From positions 32,731 through 96,730 of the forward strand of contig JAFWVQ010000011.1 in assembly GCA_017523925.1 (NCBI GenBank): a stretch of 64,000 nucleotides of DNA, in the 5' to 3' direction. Every line of letters starts with the position of its first letter. Positions within the stretch are counted from its first letter, which is position 1. The notes under the pieces were generated by a model, which was not told where the DNA came from, ran no database searches, and worked only from the letters and a program-made list of their open reading frames with translations. The stretch comes from Clostridia bacterium. Lineage in GTDB: Bacteria; Bacillota; Clostridia; Christensenellales; CAG-138. The position numbers and the translations under genes are program-made. Positions 27,269 through 35,743 of this stretch are shown here, in pieces.

Positions 27269-27297
27269 ATTGTACCAAAGTTTTGCACAAATTACAA
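27269..27297 (-). promoter_or_regulatory. Sigma-A promoter of the THF riboswitch-folT-folC unit
   Basis: Minus strand reads TTGTAA (27297..27292), a 17-nt spacer, then TACAAT (27274..27269), about 15 nt upstream of the aptamer. Confidence 0.55.
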
Positions 27298-27452
27298 GGG
27301 TTTTGCTTGTCTGCTTCGCTGTTTTGCGATATATTCGGCTTTTTTGCGCGTCTCGGCGCGTTTTCGGCGCAAAATCACCACAATTTCGCCCAAACTGCGC
27401 CAAAAGTCATAAAGAATTAACAATTTGTTCACGGTATATCTATATTTGGGGT

Positions 27453-27481
27453 TTCAATTTGCCCCCGAAAAATGTTATAAT
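27453..27481 (+). promoter_or_regulatory. Extended -10 promoter upstream of the LOG-family gene
   Basis: TGtTATAAT (27473..27481) with TTCAAT placed 17 nt upstream. Confidence 0.5.
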
Positions 27482-27537
27482 GCAGTTTAGGGGCTTGAGC
27501 ACGCAAACCAAAGACCCGCCCCCGCCGCGAGGTAGAG

Positions 27538-28176
27538 ATGAACCCGATCAAGAGAGTATGCGTTTTCGGCGCTTCAAACAGCGCCATTCCAAATGAACAT
27601 ATCGAATTTGCCGAAAGCCTCGGCGCGGCGCTTGCAAAAAGCGGGCTTGCGCTCGTTTTCGGCGCGGGCACGACCGGCCTGATGGGCGCCTGTGCAAGGG
27701 GCGCGCACCGCGAGGGCGGCGAGATAATCGGCATAATCCCCGAAAAACTCAACGTTCCCGGCATCTATTTCGAGCACTGCACCGAGCGTATCGAAACCGC
27801 GACAATGCGCGAGCGCAAGGCGCTGATGGAGGAAATGAGCGATGCCTTCGTCGCCCTCGGCGGCGGTTTCGGCACGCTGGAGGAGCTGATGGAGGTTATC
27901 ACGCTCAAGCAGCTCAATTATATCGACAAGGAGATCATCATAGTAAATTTGGGTGGATTCTATGATGATCTGCTCGCCCAATTTGAAAGATACGTTCGGG
28001 ACGGCTTCACGCACGAGCTGTTTTTGCAGCTTTACACGGTCGTAAACACCGTGGAGGGCGTGATCGATGCGCTTTTCTCCACGAAGGAGCGCGTGATGCC
28101 GGACAAGATGCAGGAGGCGCTGTACACGGCGCGCTTCGGCAGAAGACCCTCCCCCGCCGCTCCAAGCGACGAGTGA
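27538..28176 (+). CDS. LOG-family (TIGR00730) nucleotide phosphoribohydrolase
   Basis: VCVFGAS...GLALVFGAGTTGLMG and the GGGFGTLEE motif (PGGxGTxxE) are typical of LOG / lysine-decarboxylase-like proteins. Confidence 0.8.
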   Translation: MNPIKRVCVFGASNSAIPNEHIEFAESLGAALAKSGLALVFGAGTTGLMGACARGAHREGGEIIGIIPEKLNVPGIYFEHCTERIETATMRERKALMEEMSDAFVALGGGFGTLEELMEVITLKQLNYIDKEIIIVNLGGFYDDLLAQFERYVRDGFTHELFLQLYTVVNTVEGVIDALFSTKERVMPDKMQEALYTARFGRRPSPAAPSDE

Positions 28177-28209
28177 TCCCCAATACCTAAACACGAACGG
28201 AGTGATCCA

Positions 28210-28650
28210 ATGGCAAAAAAATACACACGCGCCAAGGTAGAAGCCTCGCACAGCACCGTTGAACGCATGAACGATACTTTTCCCGATGGCGCGCTGATGG
28301 TCTGCGTTACTGGCCAGCGCTCCTGCGAGCGCCTTATCGAACGCGCGGCCGCGATCAGAAAGCCCGAGCAGCCGTTCTACGTCGTTCACTGCGTGCAAAC
28401 GGGGCGCGTATTCATGAATTTTGTATCCGACCCGCAGGCGATCGAATTCCTTTTCACCTGTGCAAGCATCGTCAACGCCGAGCTCGCCATACTGCGCGAG
28501 GACAACGTGCTGGACGCGCTCGTGGGCTTTGCGGATCAGCACAACGTGAAAACGATCGTGCTCGGCGCTTCCCCCAAGCAGGACGGAAGCAGCTTCGCCG
28601 ATCGGTTCTCAAGCAGGCTCGAGAACGTTGATTTTGTGGTCGTCGACTGA
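28210..28650 (+). CDS. Universal-stress-protein-like (KdpD USP-type) domain protein
   Basis: ALMVCVTGQRSCERLIERAAAI...FYVVHCV...LDALVGFADQHNVKTIVLGAS resembles the USP domain of KdpD. GGAG precedes the ATG. Confidence 0.5.
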   Translation: MAKKYTRAKVEASHSTVERMNDTFPDGALMVCVTGQRSCERLIERAAAIRKPEQPFYVVHCVQTGRVFMNFVSDPQAIEFLFTCASIVNAELAILREDNVLDALVGFADQHNVKTIVLGASPKQDGSSFADRFSSRLENVDFVVVD

Positions 28651-28696
28651 TCACACTCTATCTTTACATAATTATCGTAATATTTAGGAGGTTTAT

Positions 28697-29005
28697 ATGG
28701 AACTTGATCTCATGCAGGCAAAGCAGTACATTGCCGGAAAATTCAAGAATCAGGGCGATTTTGAGTTTGTTGCGGAGGCGGATTTCTCTGCGATGCTCGA
28801 TGCGCTGCTCGAAATCGACGTGAAGTACCTCGAGGAGATCGGCGACGAGCTGCCCTACGACGAGGACGAGATCTTCGAGCGTATGCATGCCGCGCTCAAA
28901 GCGAAATTTCCCTCGTACAAGACCTATCTGATGCGTTTTGTAGATGATTACATGGATTTTATGGAGGAATACCTCGTTTCGATCGACGCGGTCGAATGGG
29001 AGTGA
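28697..29005 (+). CDS. Hypothetical acidic 102-aa protein
   Basis: TAGGAGG lies 5 nt upstream of the ATG. The codon pattern looks coding. I recognise no motif. Confidence 0.6.
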   Translation: MELDLMQAKQYIAGKFKNQGDFEFVAEADFSAMLDALLEIDVKYLEEIGDELPYDEDEIFERMHAALKAKFPSYKTYLMRFVDDYMDFMEEYLVSIDAVEWE

Positions 29006-29030
29006 TCCCCTGCCCCGCCGCAAAGCTGAT

Positions 29031-29066
29031 GCGGAATGTTTCACGTGAAACATTCCGCTTTTTGTT
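29031..29066 (+). terminator. Rho-independent terminator whose stem contains a parS site
   Basis: A 28-bp perfect palindrome GCGGAATGTTTCACGTGAAACATTCCGC (29031..29058) followed by TTTTTGTTTG. Confidence 0.7.
29037..29052. promoter_or_regulatory. parS site 1 (Spo0J/ParB binding site)
   Basis: TGTTTCACGTGAAACA is a perfect palindromic match to the Firmicute parS consensus TGTTNCACGTGAAACA. Confidence 0.8.
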
Positions 29067-29269
29067 TGCCCCGACACGTACCGGATATAGCCGCTTCCAA
29101 ACAAGTCTGCACCGCCAACTGAAACAATCGATGGAAATCATTCAATGAATAAAGCTGAAAAATCACAGCTATTTAATAGCAATTCACTAATCATAATTGA
29201 TTCTTTTAGTTACGCTCCCCGCCGTTTCATCCTCGGACGATGCCCGTTCAACTTACACCGTAAACAAAT

Positions 29270-29535
29270 ATTGATTTGAAGAGACCACTCCCCCTCCCCT
29301 TTCTCACCAATCGCTGTTCACTGCAAAACAATAATCAAATTTGAAGAAATTCCCTCGGAATTTCAACCACAACTATTCACTATTCATTATTCACTATTCT
29401 TCATCCCCCCTTCCCCCGCTAACCACCGATCACTATTCACTGACCACTACCACCGTAAACAAAGCATAATTTGAAGAAATTCCATCGGAATTTCATCCTC
29501 AACTATTCACTATTCGCTATTCATTATTCACTATC
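29270..29535 (-). repeat. Composite intergenic repeat family, reverse orientation (two good units plus one degenerate unit)
   Basis: TTTGAAGAAATTCCctcGGAATTTCAACCACAACTATTCACTATTCATTATTCAC, and TTTGAAGAAATTCCatcGGAATTTCATCCTCAACTATTCACTATTCGCTATTCATTATTCAC. Heptamer variants TAACCAC, TGACCAC and TACCAC occur between them. Confidence 0.85.
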
Positions 29536-29570
29536 CTCATATCCCCTCCCTTCATGCATAAATTATTAGC

Positions 29571-30140
29571 ATGATGAGTTGGGTCTTCACAATCATGATA
29601 GCTATCGGAATCCTGCTCTGCGCCGTAAACGGTCGCATCGAAGCGGCTTTGACCGCACTGACAGCCGGCGCGGATAGGTCGATCGAGCTGCTGCTTGCGC
29701 TCGCGGGCTCATACCTGCTGTGGATGGGGCTTGTAAACGTGGCGGAGCGCGCGGGATTGACGGAGCGGCTTGCGAAATTCATGCGAAAGCCGCTTCGGAT
29801 GCTCATGCCCGGCATCGGGGATGCGGCGGCACCGGTGGCGCTGAACCTGTCGGCAAACTTTCTCGGGCTTGCAAACGCCGCAACGCCGTTTGGCATAGAG
29901 GCGGCAAAGCGGCTTGCGGCGCATAACGGCAGGAAAAGCACTGCATCAAAGGAGCTTTGTATGTTCCTCGCGCTGAACGCCTCGGCTGTCGAGCTGCTGC
30001 CGACCTCGGTCATCGCGGTACGTGCCGCCTGCGGCTCGGCAGACCCATATTCGATCGTGCTGCCGACCTTCATCTCATCGCTGTTTGCATCTGCCGCAGC
30101 GATCGCGGCCTGTAAGTTTTTCGAGGCATATAAAGGATGA
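29571..30140 (+). CDS. spmA: Spore maturation protein A (nucleoside-recognition domain membrane protein)
   Basis: Typical SpmA sequence (IELLLALAGSYLLWMGLVNVAERAGL...ALNLSANFLGLANAATPFGI), paired with spmB by an overlapping ATGA. Confidence 0.8.
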   Translation: MMSWVFTIMIAIGILLCAVNGRIEAALTALTAGADRSIELLLALAGSYLLWMGLVNVAERAGLTERLAKFMRKPLRMLMPGIGDAAAPVALNLSANFLGLANAATPFGIEAAKRLAAHNGRKSTASKELCMFLALNASAVELLPTSVIAVRAACGSADPYSIVLPTFISSLFASAAAIAACKFFEAYKG

Positions 30141-30643
30141 ATTACGCTGTCCCGATCGCCGTTGCGGCGCTGCTCCTGTTCGCCGCTGTAAAGAAGGTTG
30201 ATTGCTATGCGGCGTTCGCCGAAGGCGCTTCCGAGGCTCTGCCGACGCTCATCAAGCTGCTGCCCAATCTGGCCGCGATGCTTGCCGCTATCGCAATTTT
30301 CCGCGCCTCCGGAGCTGCCGATCTGCTTGCGCGGCTCTTTGCGCCGCTGCTCGGGTTTATCGGTATCCCATCGGAGCTTGCCGGACTGCTTATACTGCGC
30401 CCGTTCTCCGGAAGCGGCGCGCTTGCGATGCTAACGGACCTGCTGCACGAACACGGTACGGACAGCTTTATCGGGCTTGCCGCGTCTGTCTGCGTCGGCA
30501 GCACCGAAACCATCTTCTATACGCTGACAGTCTACTGCGCCGCCGCAGGCATTCGAAAGGCGCGCTATGCTCCTGCGGCTGCGCTGCTGAGCGGGCTTGT
30601 GGGCGCTGTTAGCGGTATCGCGCTTATTCGGATTATGTTCTAA
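30137..30643 (+). CDS. spmB: Spore maturation protein B
   Basis: VDCYAAFAEGASEALPTLIKLLPNLAAML...LRPFSGSGALAM...VGSTETIFYTLTVY is typical of SpmB. The start overlaps the spmA stop. Confidence 0.8.
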   Translation: MNYAVPIAVAALLLFAAVKKVDCYAAFAEGASEALPTLIKLLPNLAAMLAAIAIFRASGAADLLARLFAPLLGFIGIPSELAGLLILRPFSGSGALAMLTDLLHEHGTDSFIGLAASVCVGSTETIFYTLTVYCAAAGIRKARYAPAAALLSGLVGAVSGIALIRIMF

Positions 30644-30740
30644 GCAGATTTTAAAATACTCTAATACAGCAGTAAATAACCCCTTGTATTTGGCGAAACT
30701 TATGCTATAATGTACTAAGGAAAAACTGGGAGCAGTAAAC

Positions 30741-31457
30741 ATGAACATAAATGTTATTACATACGGTGAGCGAATAAACCACGCAATCATCGCGTCGAGC
30801 ACAGTGATAGTGATCGACGTGCTGCGCTGCACGAGCGCTATCGTCGCGGCGCTTGGCAGCGGCGCGCAGAAGATCGTGCCGGTGCTCGAGCCTTCGGAGG
30901 CGATCGCCATTGCGCAGGCGATAGGGCAGGGGGAATGCGTTCTTGGCGGCGAACGCGGCTGCAAAAAGCTGCCCGGCTTCGACCTCGGCAACTCGCCGTT
31001 TGAATATGACGAAGCGGCTGTTGGCGGAAAGACCGTTATAATCAGCACCACGAACGGCACCAACGCTATCTGCGGAATGCGCGATGGGGCAAGGGTGATC
31101 CTTGCGGCGATGAGCAACCGCACAGCCGCTGCAAGGGCCGCCGCAGCGGGAACGGGGGATATTCTTATTGTTTGCTCCGGTACGGACGGGGCGGTTTCCG
31201 CCGATGATTATTGCGCCGCAGGCTCTGTGATAGACGCTCTGCTCCGCTTAGCGCCAAGCGCCGCACTTTCCGATATCGCGCTTATCTGCCTAAACCTGTA
31301 TCGAAGCTTCAAGGAAGGCCGCTTCGACCTTATGTCCACGAGGCACTGCCGCCGCCTCTGCGATCTCGGCTTCCGCAAGGACGTTGAATACTGCCTCACC
31401 GAGGACAGCAGCAGCGTGGTACCCATCTATTCCAACGGCATAATAACCGCTCTGTAA
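30741..31457 (+). CDS. comB: 2-phosphosulfolactate phosphatase family protein (ComB-like)
   Basis: VIVIDVLRCTSAIVAAL...GGERGCKKLPGFDLGNSPFEY...ISTTNGT are ComB-family hallmarks. Confidence 0.75.
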   Translation: MNINVITYGERINHAIIASSTVIVIDVLRCTSAIVAALGSGAQKIVPVLEPSEAIAIAQAIGQGECVLGGERGCKKLPGFDLGNSPFEYDEAAVGGKTVIISTTNGTNAICGMRDGARVILAAMSNRTAAARAAAAGTGDILIVCSGTDGAVSADDYCAAGSVIDALLRLAPSAALSDIALICLNLYRSFKEGRFDLMSTRHCRRLCDLGFRKDVEYCLTEDSSSVVPIYSNGIITAL

Positions 31458-31516
31458 TTCAAAATTCATACTTAACGAACTAAACCTGCTCGATGCGCGT
31501 TTCGGGCGGGTTTTAA

Positions 31517-31532
31517 TGTTTCACGTGAAACA
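31517..31532. promoter_or_regulatory. parS site 2 (Spo0J/ParB binding site)
   Basis: A second identical TGTTTCACGTGAAACA sits 14 bp upstream of the putative soj promoter -35. Confidence 0.8.
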
Positions 31533-31545
31533 TTTTCAAAGCATA

Positions 31546-31574
31546 TTGCGCCCGCCTTCAAAAGAGTGTATAAT
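31546..31574 (+). promoter_or_regulatory. Putative sigma-A promoter of soj-spo0J
   Basis: TTGCGC (31546..31551), a 17-nt spacer, then TATAAT (31569..31574). Confidence 0.4.
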
Positions 31575-31621
31575 ATGAAGGAATCGAATCAGCTTCAAGG
31601 ATTTGTATTTTGGAGGAAAAA

Positions 31622-32455
31622 ATGGCAAAGATCACAGCGATAGCAAATCAGAAGGGCGGGGTGGGGAAGACCACTACCGCTGTTAACCTTGCCACTTGCG
31701 TTGCACAGCAGGGCAAGCGCGCGCTGCTGATAGACATCGACCCGCAGGGGAACGCGACGAGCGGAGTGGGCATTGAAAAGGAAAACTGCGAATACAGCGT
31801 GTATGATATGCTGATAAACGGCATCTCGGCGGAGAAGATCATCGTTGAAACTCAGGTGGAAGGGCTGAGCGCGCTTCCGGCGCGTATCGAGCTTGCCGGC
31901 GCGGAGATCGAGCTTGTGAGCCAGATGTCGCGCGAATTCAAGCTCAAAAACGCGCTCAAGGGCATTGCGGACAGGTTCGACTATATTTTCATCGACTGCC
32001 CGCCCTCGCTGGGTCTTTTGACGTTGAACGCTCTCGCCGCCGCGGACACGCTGCTTGTGCCGATACAATGCGAATACTATGCGCTCGAGGGGCTTTCGCA
32101 GCTTATGAACACGGTAAAGCTCGTTCGCATCAATCTCAACCCCGACCTGGTGGTCGAGGGCGTGGTGATGACGATGTACGATGCGCGCACGCGGCTCTCG
32201 AATCAGGTGGTCGCCGAGGTCAAAAAATTCTTCCAGAATAAGGTTTACGACACCGTGATCCCGCGCTCCGTGCGATTGGGCGAAGCGCCGAGCTTCGGGC
32301 TTCCGATCTCGATCTACGACCCGAAATGCGGCGCAACGAGGGCTTATACGAGCCTTGCGGAAGAGCTGCTTGAGGCCGACGAGGGCAGCGGCGGAGGCTC
32401 CGAGGGCAGTGAAAGCGCGGACGGCGGCACGAACGGCGGCACGGACGAGCAGTAA
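31622..32455 (+). CDS. soj: Chromosome partitioning ATPase ParA/Soj
   Basis: Deviant Walker A: MAKITAIANQKGGVGKTTTAVNLA. ATG 31622 lies 5 nt after GGAGG; the listed TTG at 31610 is less likely. The C-terminal tail is acidic and Gly-rich. Confidence 0.9.
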   Translation: MAKITAIANQKGGVGKTTTAVNLATCVAQQGKRALLIDIDPQGNATSGVGIEKENCEYSVYDMLINGISAEKIIVETQVEGLSALPARIELAGAEIELVSQMSREFKLKNALKGIADRFDYIFIDCPPSLGLLTLNALAAADTLLVPIQCEYYALEGLSQLMNTVKLVRINLNPDLVVEGVVMTMYDARTRLSNQVVAEVKKFFQNKVYDTVIPRSVRLGEAPSFGLPISIYDPKCGATRAYTSLAEELLEADEGSGGGSEGSESADGGTNGGTDEQ

Positions 32456-32521
32456 ACATCACTAACGAAAAATACACGAAAACACTATAAATTCTGCGGC
32501 ACTGCCGCAAAGGAGCATGGA

Positions 32522-33385
32522 ATGAAGGGGCTTGGAAAAGGGCTAGACGCGCTGCTCGGCGGCGCAAATCTGAGCGATCCGTCGCAGGTGCGGATGATCT
32601 CTGTGTATCTGATCGACAACAACGCGGAGCAGCCGCGAACGCATTTCGACGAAGCAAAGCTGCACGAGCTCGCGGTCAGTATCGAGCAGCACGGCGTGGT
32701 GCAGCCGATCATCGTGCGCAAAAACGGCGATCGCTTCACGATCATTGCGGGCGAGCGCCGCTTCCGCGCGGCAAGGCTGGCGGGGCTGAACGAGGTGCCC
32801 GTGCTGATACGGGAGCTCGATGAGCAGGAGGTGCTCGAGGTTTCACTGATCGAGAACCTGCAACGCGAGAACCTGAACGCGATGGAGGAAGCGCGCGCTA
32901 TCCGCCGCCTTATGGACGAGCATGATCTGACGCAGGAGGAGGTTGCGAAGCGGCTCGGAAAATCACGCCCCGCAATAGCAAATTCCGTGCGCCTGCTTGC
33001 GCTTCCCGAGGAGGTGCAGCAGCTGCTGTATGACGGCAAGCTCCAGGCGGGGCATTGCCGCGTGCTTGGCTCGGTACCCGATGAGGATCTGCTGACCGCC
33101 CTTGCAAGGAGTGCCGCGAAGGAAGGGTGGAGCGTTCGCGAGACAGAGCTAAAAGTGAAGCAGGCGCTCGAAAAAAGTGCGTTGGAGAAGCGCCAGCCGA
33201 AACGTGAGCGGCTTTCGAACGACGCGAAGAAGGCGCAGGACGCGCTGCGCGAGCGGCTCGGCACCAAGGTCAGCCTCTCCGGCTCCGACGAGCGCGGCAG
33301 GATCGTGATCGAATATTTCAGCAAGGACGAGCTGATGAACATCTACGACACAATAATGGGGAAAAATAGCGAGGACAACGAGTAA
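32522..33385 (+). CDS. spo0J: Chromosome partitioning protein ParB/Spo0J
   Basis: ParB box GERRFRAARLAG, the motif LIENLQRENLN, and the HTH QEEVAKRLGKSRPAIANSVRLL. Confidence 0.9.
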   Translation: MKGLGKGLDALLGGANLSDPSQVRMISVYLIDNNAEQPRTHFDEAKLHELAVSIEQHGVVQPIIVRKNGDRFTIIAGERRFRAARLAGLNEVPVLIRELDEQEVLEVSLIENLQRENLNAMEEARAIRRLMDEHDLTQEEVAKRLGKSRPAIANSVRLLALPEEVQQLLYDGKLQAGHCRVLGSVPDEDLLTALARSAAKEGWSVRETELKVKQALEKSALEKRQPKRERLSNDAKKAQDALRERLGTKVSLSGSDERGRIVIEYFSKDELMNIYDTIMGKNSEDNE

Positions 33386-33386
33386 T

Positions 33387-34253
33387 ATGTATCTTGCGGA
33401 CTGTTGGAAGGATTTTGAAATATTGAACGCCGGAAACGGCGAAAAGCTCGAGCGCTGGGGCGAGGTGGTGCTGCTGCGCCCCGATCCGCAGGCGATCTGG
33501 CCGATGAAGGCGCCCGACTACTGCGACGCGCACTATATCCGCTCGCATTCCGGCGGCGGCGAATGGGATTTCAAGCGCAGGCTGCCCGAGAGCTGGACGA
33601 TCGGCTACAAGGAGCTGCGCTTCATCGTGCGCCCGACCGGCTTCAAGCACACCGGGCTTTTTCCCGAGCAGGCTGTGAACTGGGACTTCATGAGCGGCGT
33701 TGTCCGCCGCTTCCGCGAGAAGCATGACGCGCCCTTCCGCGTGCTGAACCTCTTTGCGTACACCGGCGGCGCAACGCTCGCGCTCGCCAAGGCCGGCGCC
33801 GAGGTCGTTCATGTGGACGCGGCGAAGGGCATGGTCGCCTGGGCGAAGAGCAATCTCGCCGAATCCGGGCTTTCCGACAGGCCTGTGCGGTTTATTATAG
33901 ATGACTGTTTGAAATTTGTGCAGCGTGAAAAGCGGCGCGGCAGGGAATACGAGGGCATTCTGATGGACCCGCCGAGCTACGGGCGCGGACCCACGGGCGA
34001 GATGTGGCGGATCGAGGACGGGCTGTTTCCGCTCGTCAGCGAATGCTGCGATCTTCTCAGCAAAAACGCGGGTTTTTTCCTTATCAATTCGTACACGACG
34101 GGGCTCGCTCCGGCCGTTGTGAAAAACGTTCTCAAGGTCGCGCTCGGCAATCGCGGCGGCAGGATCGAGGCGGACGAGATCGGCCTGCCGGTCGGCGGGG
34201 GAGAGCTGATACTGCCCTGCGGCTGCACCGGAAGATGGTGGCGTGAGAATTAA
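33387..34253 (+). CDS. Class I SAM-dependent (rRNA-type) methyltransferase
   Basis: SAM motif VLNLFAYTGGATLALA...VVHVDAAK and catalytic-type ILMDPPSYGRG, resembling RlmI/RlmK-like methyltransferases. Confidence 0.7.
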   Translation: MYLADCWKDFEILNAGNGEKLERWGEVVLLRPDPQAIWPMKAPDYCDAHYIRSHSGGGEWDFKRRLPESWTIGYKELRFIVRPTGFKHTGLFPEQAVNWDFMSGVVRRFREKHDAPFRVLNLFAYTGGATLALAKAGAEVVHVDAAKGMVAWAKSNLAESGLSDRPVRFIIDDCLKFVQREKRRGREYEGILMDPPSYGRGPTGEMWRIEDGLFPLVSECCDLLSKNAGFFLINSYTTGLAPAVVKNVLKVALGNRGGRIEADEIGLPVGGGELILPCGCTGRWWREN

Positions 34254-34265
34254 CGGAGGTAATAG

Positions 34266-34328
34266 ATGAAATACAGCATCATCACACTTCTTATCGGCTT
34301 TTTCAGCATGCTTTTCGGCTCATGCTGA
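34266..34328 (+). CDS. Possible 20-aa hydrophobic leader peptide MKYSIITLLIGFFSMLFGSC
   Basis: GGAGGT lies 5 nt upstream of ATG 34266. Its TGA overlaps the downstream start (ATGCTGA). It is too short for coding statistics. Confidence 0.25.
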   Translation: MKYSIITLLIGFFSMLFGSC

Positions 34329-35689
34329 GGGTCATCTACGAGGATAATCATCTGCTCGTCGTCGAAAAGCCGGTGAATATGCCCGTTCAGGCGGACTCGA
34401 GCGGCGATGCGGATCTATTGTCCGAAGCGAAAAGCTACATAAAGGAAAAGTATAATAAGCCCGGCGAGGTGTATCTCGGGCTTGTTCACCGTCTAGATCG
34501 CCCGGTCGGCGGCGTGATGGTTTTTGCTCGAACGAGCAAGGCGGCGGCGCGGCTGAGCGAGGCGGTTAAGGCGCACAGGCTCGTTAAAAAATACTGCGCG
34601 GTGGTCGATGCGCCGATGCCCGCATTCGGAAGTCTTACAGATTATATGCTTCGTGACGAGGTCGCGCACTCATCGCGCATCGTGGACAAGGGCGCTGACG
34701 GCGCGCAGCTTGCGAAGCTCGATTTTGCTTTGACTGCCGAGAAAAATGGGCGGGCACTCGTGGATATTTCGCTGAAAACGGGGCGGCATCATCAGATCCG
34801 CGTGCAGTTTACGGGGATGGGAAGGCCGCTCTACGGCGACCAAAGGTACAACAAAAACGCGCGGCCGGGGCAGCAGATCGCGCTCTATGCGTACAGCCTG
34901 ACCTTCGAGCATCCAACGCTGCGCGAGAGCATGACCTTCACGAGCGTGCCGCGCGGCGCGAGCTGGGCGGACTTCACCGAGGAGCTTGCGGCGCTGACCA
35001 ACGGCGTGCGCTGCGCCTATGTGGACGAAAGCATCATCGCGGCGAACAAGCAGCCGGATATCTCGGTCGCGGTCGCGGACGGGGGAGAGGACACGCTTGA
35101 GGCGCGGCTGAGCCTTGCGTTCGGCGAGGCGTACCCCGTGCATCGGCTGGACGCGGCGACGAGCGGGCTGGTGCTGTTTGCTCGAAACGAGGCCGCGAGG
35201 GACGAGCTCATGGCGCACTTTGCATCGCGTGATATAAAAAAGCTATATAGGGCATATGTTTTCGGCACGCCGCCGAAGCGCGAGGACCTGCTTATACTCC
35301 ATGCGGAGAAGGATGCGGAGGGGGCGCTGGTCAGCGTTTTCGACAGCCCAACGAAGCATTCGCGCGAGATGAAAACTGGCTACCGCGTTGTGAAGAGCTT
35401 CAGCTTGTGCGGCGAGAAGGTAAGCCTTCTTGAAATAGAACTTTTCACGGGCAGGACACATCAAATTCGCGCAAGCCTGGCGCATATCGGCTGCCCGGTG
35501 ATCGGGGACGACAAGTACGGCGACCGGCGCAGGAACAGGCTGTTTCCGCCAAGGCTGCTGCTTGCGGCGGTGCGCGTGGAACTGCCCGAGCTCGGCGGCG
35601 CGCTTGCGGGGCTGAGCGGAAAGGTCATCGCGATCGAGCCCCCGTTCGGCGTGGACGGGAGCGGCGAGCTATGCGTTTGCAGGGTGTGA
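34322..35689 (+). CDS. Tandem fusion of two RluA-family pseudouridine synthase domains
   Basis: Domain 1 (aa 1 to about 215) has HRLDRPVGG and GRHHQIRVQ. Domain 2 (aa about 232-455) has HRLDAATSGL and GRTHQIRASL. Each carries its own catalytic-Asp motif. Confidence 0.8.
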   Translation: MLRVIYEDNHLLVVEKPVNMPVQADSSGDADLLSEAKSYIKEKYNKPGEVYLGLVHRLDRPVGGVMVFARTSKAAARLSEAVKAHRLVKKYCAVVDAPMPAFGSLTDYMLRDEVAHSSRIVDKGADGAQLAKLDFALTAEKNGRALVDISLKTGRHHQIRVQFTGMGRPLYGDQRYNKNARPGQQIALYAYSLTFEHPTLRESMTFTSVPRGASWADFTEELAALTNGVRCAYVDESIIAANKQPDISVAVADGGEDTLEARLSLAFGEAYPVHRLDAATSGLVLFARNEAARDELMAHFASRDIKKLYRAYVFGTPPKREDLLILHAEKDAEGALVSVFDSPTKHSREMKTGYRVVKSFSLCGEKVSLLEIELFTGRTHQIRASLAHIGCPVIGDDKYGDRRRNRLFPPRLLLAAVRVELPELGGALAGLSGKVIAIEPPFGVDGSGELCVCRV

Positions 35690-35743
35690 GCCGCGTGAAG
35701 GCGCTTCGGAGCGGACCGTTCGTTCCAGCCTGATTTAAACAGA

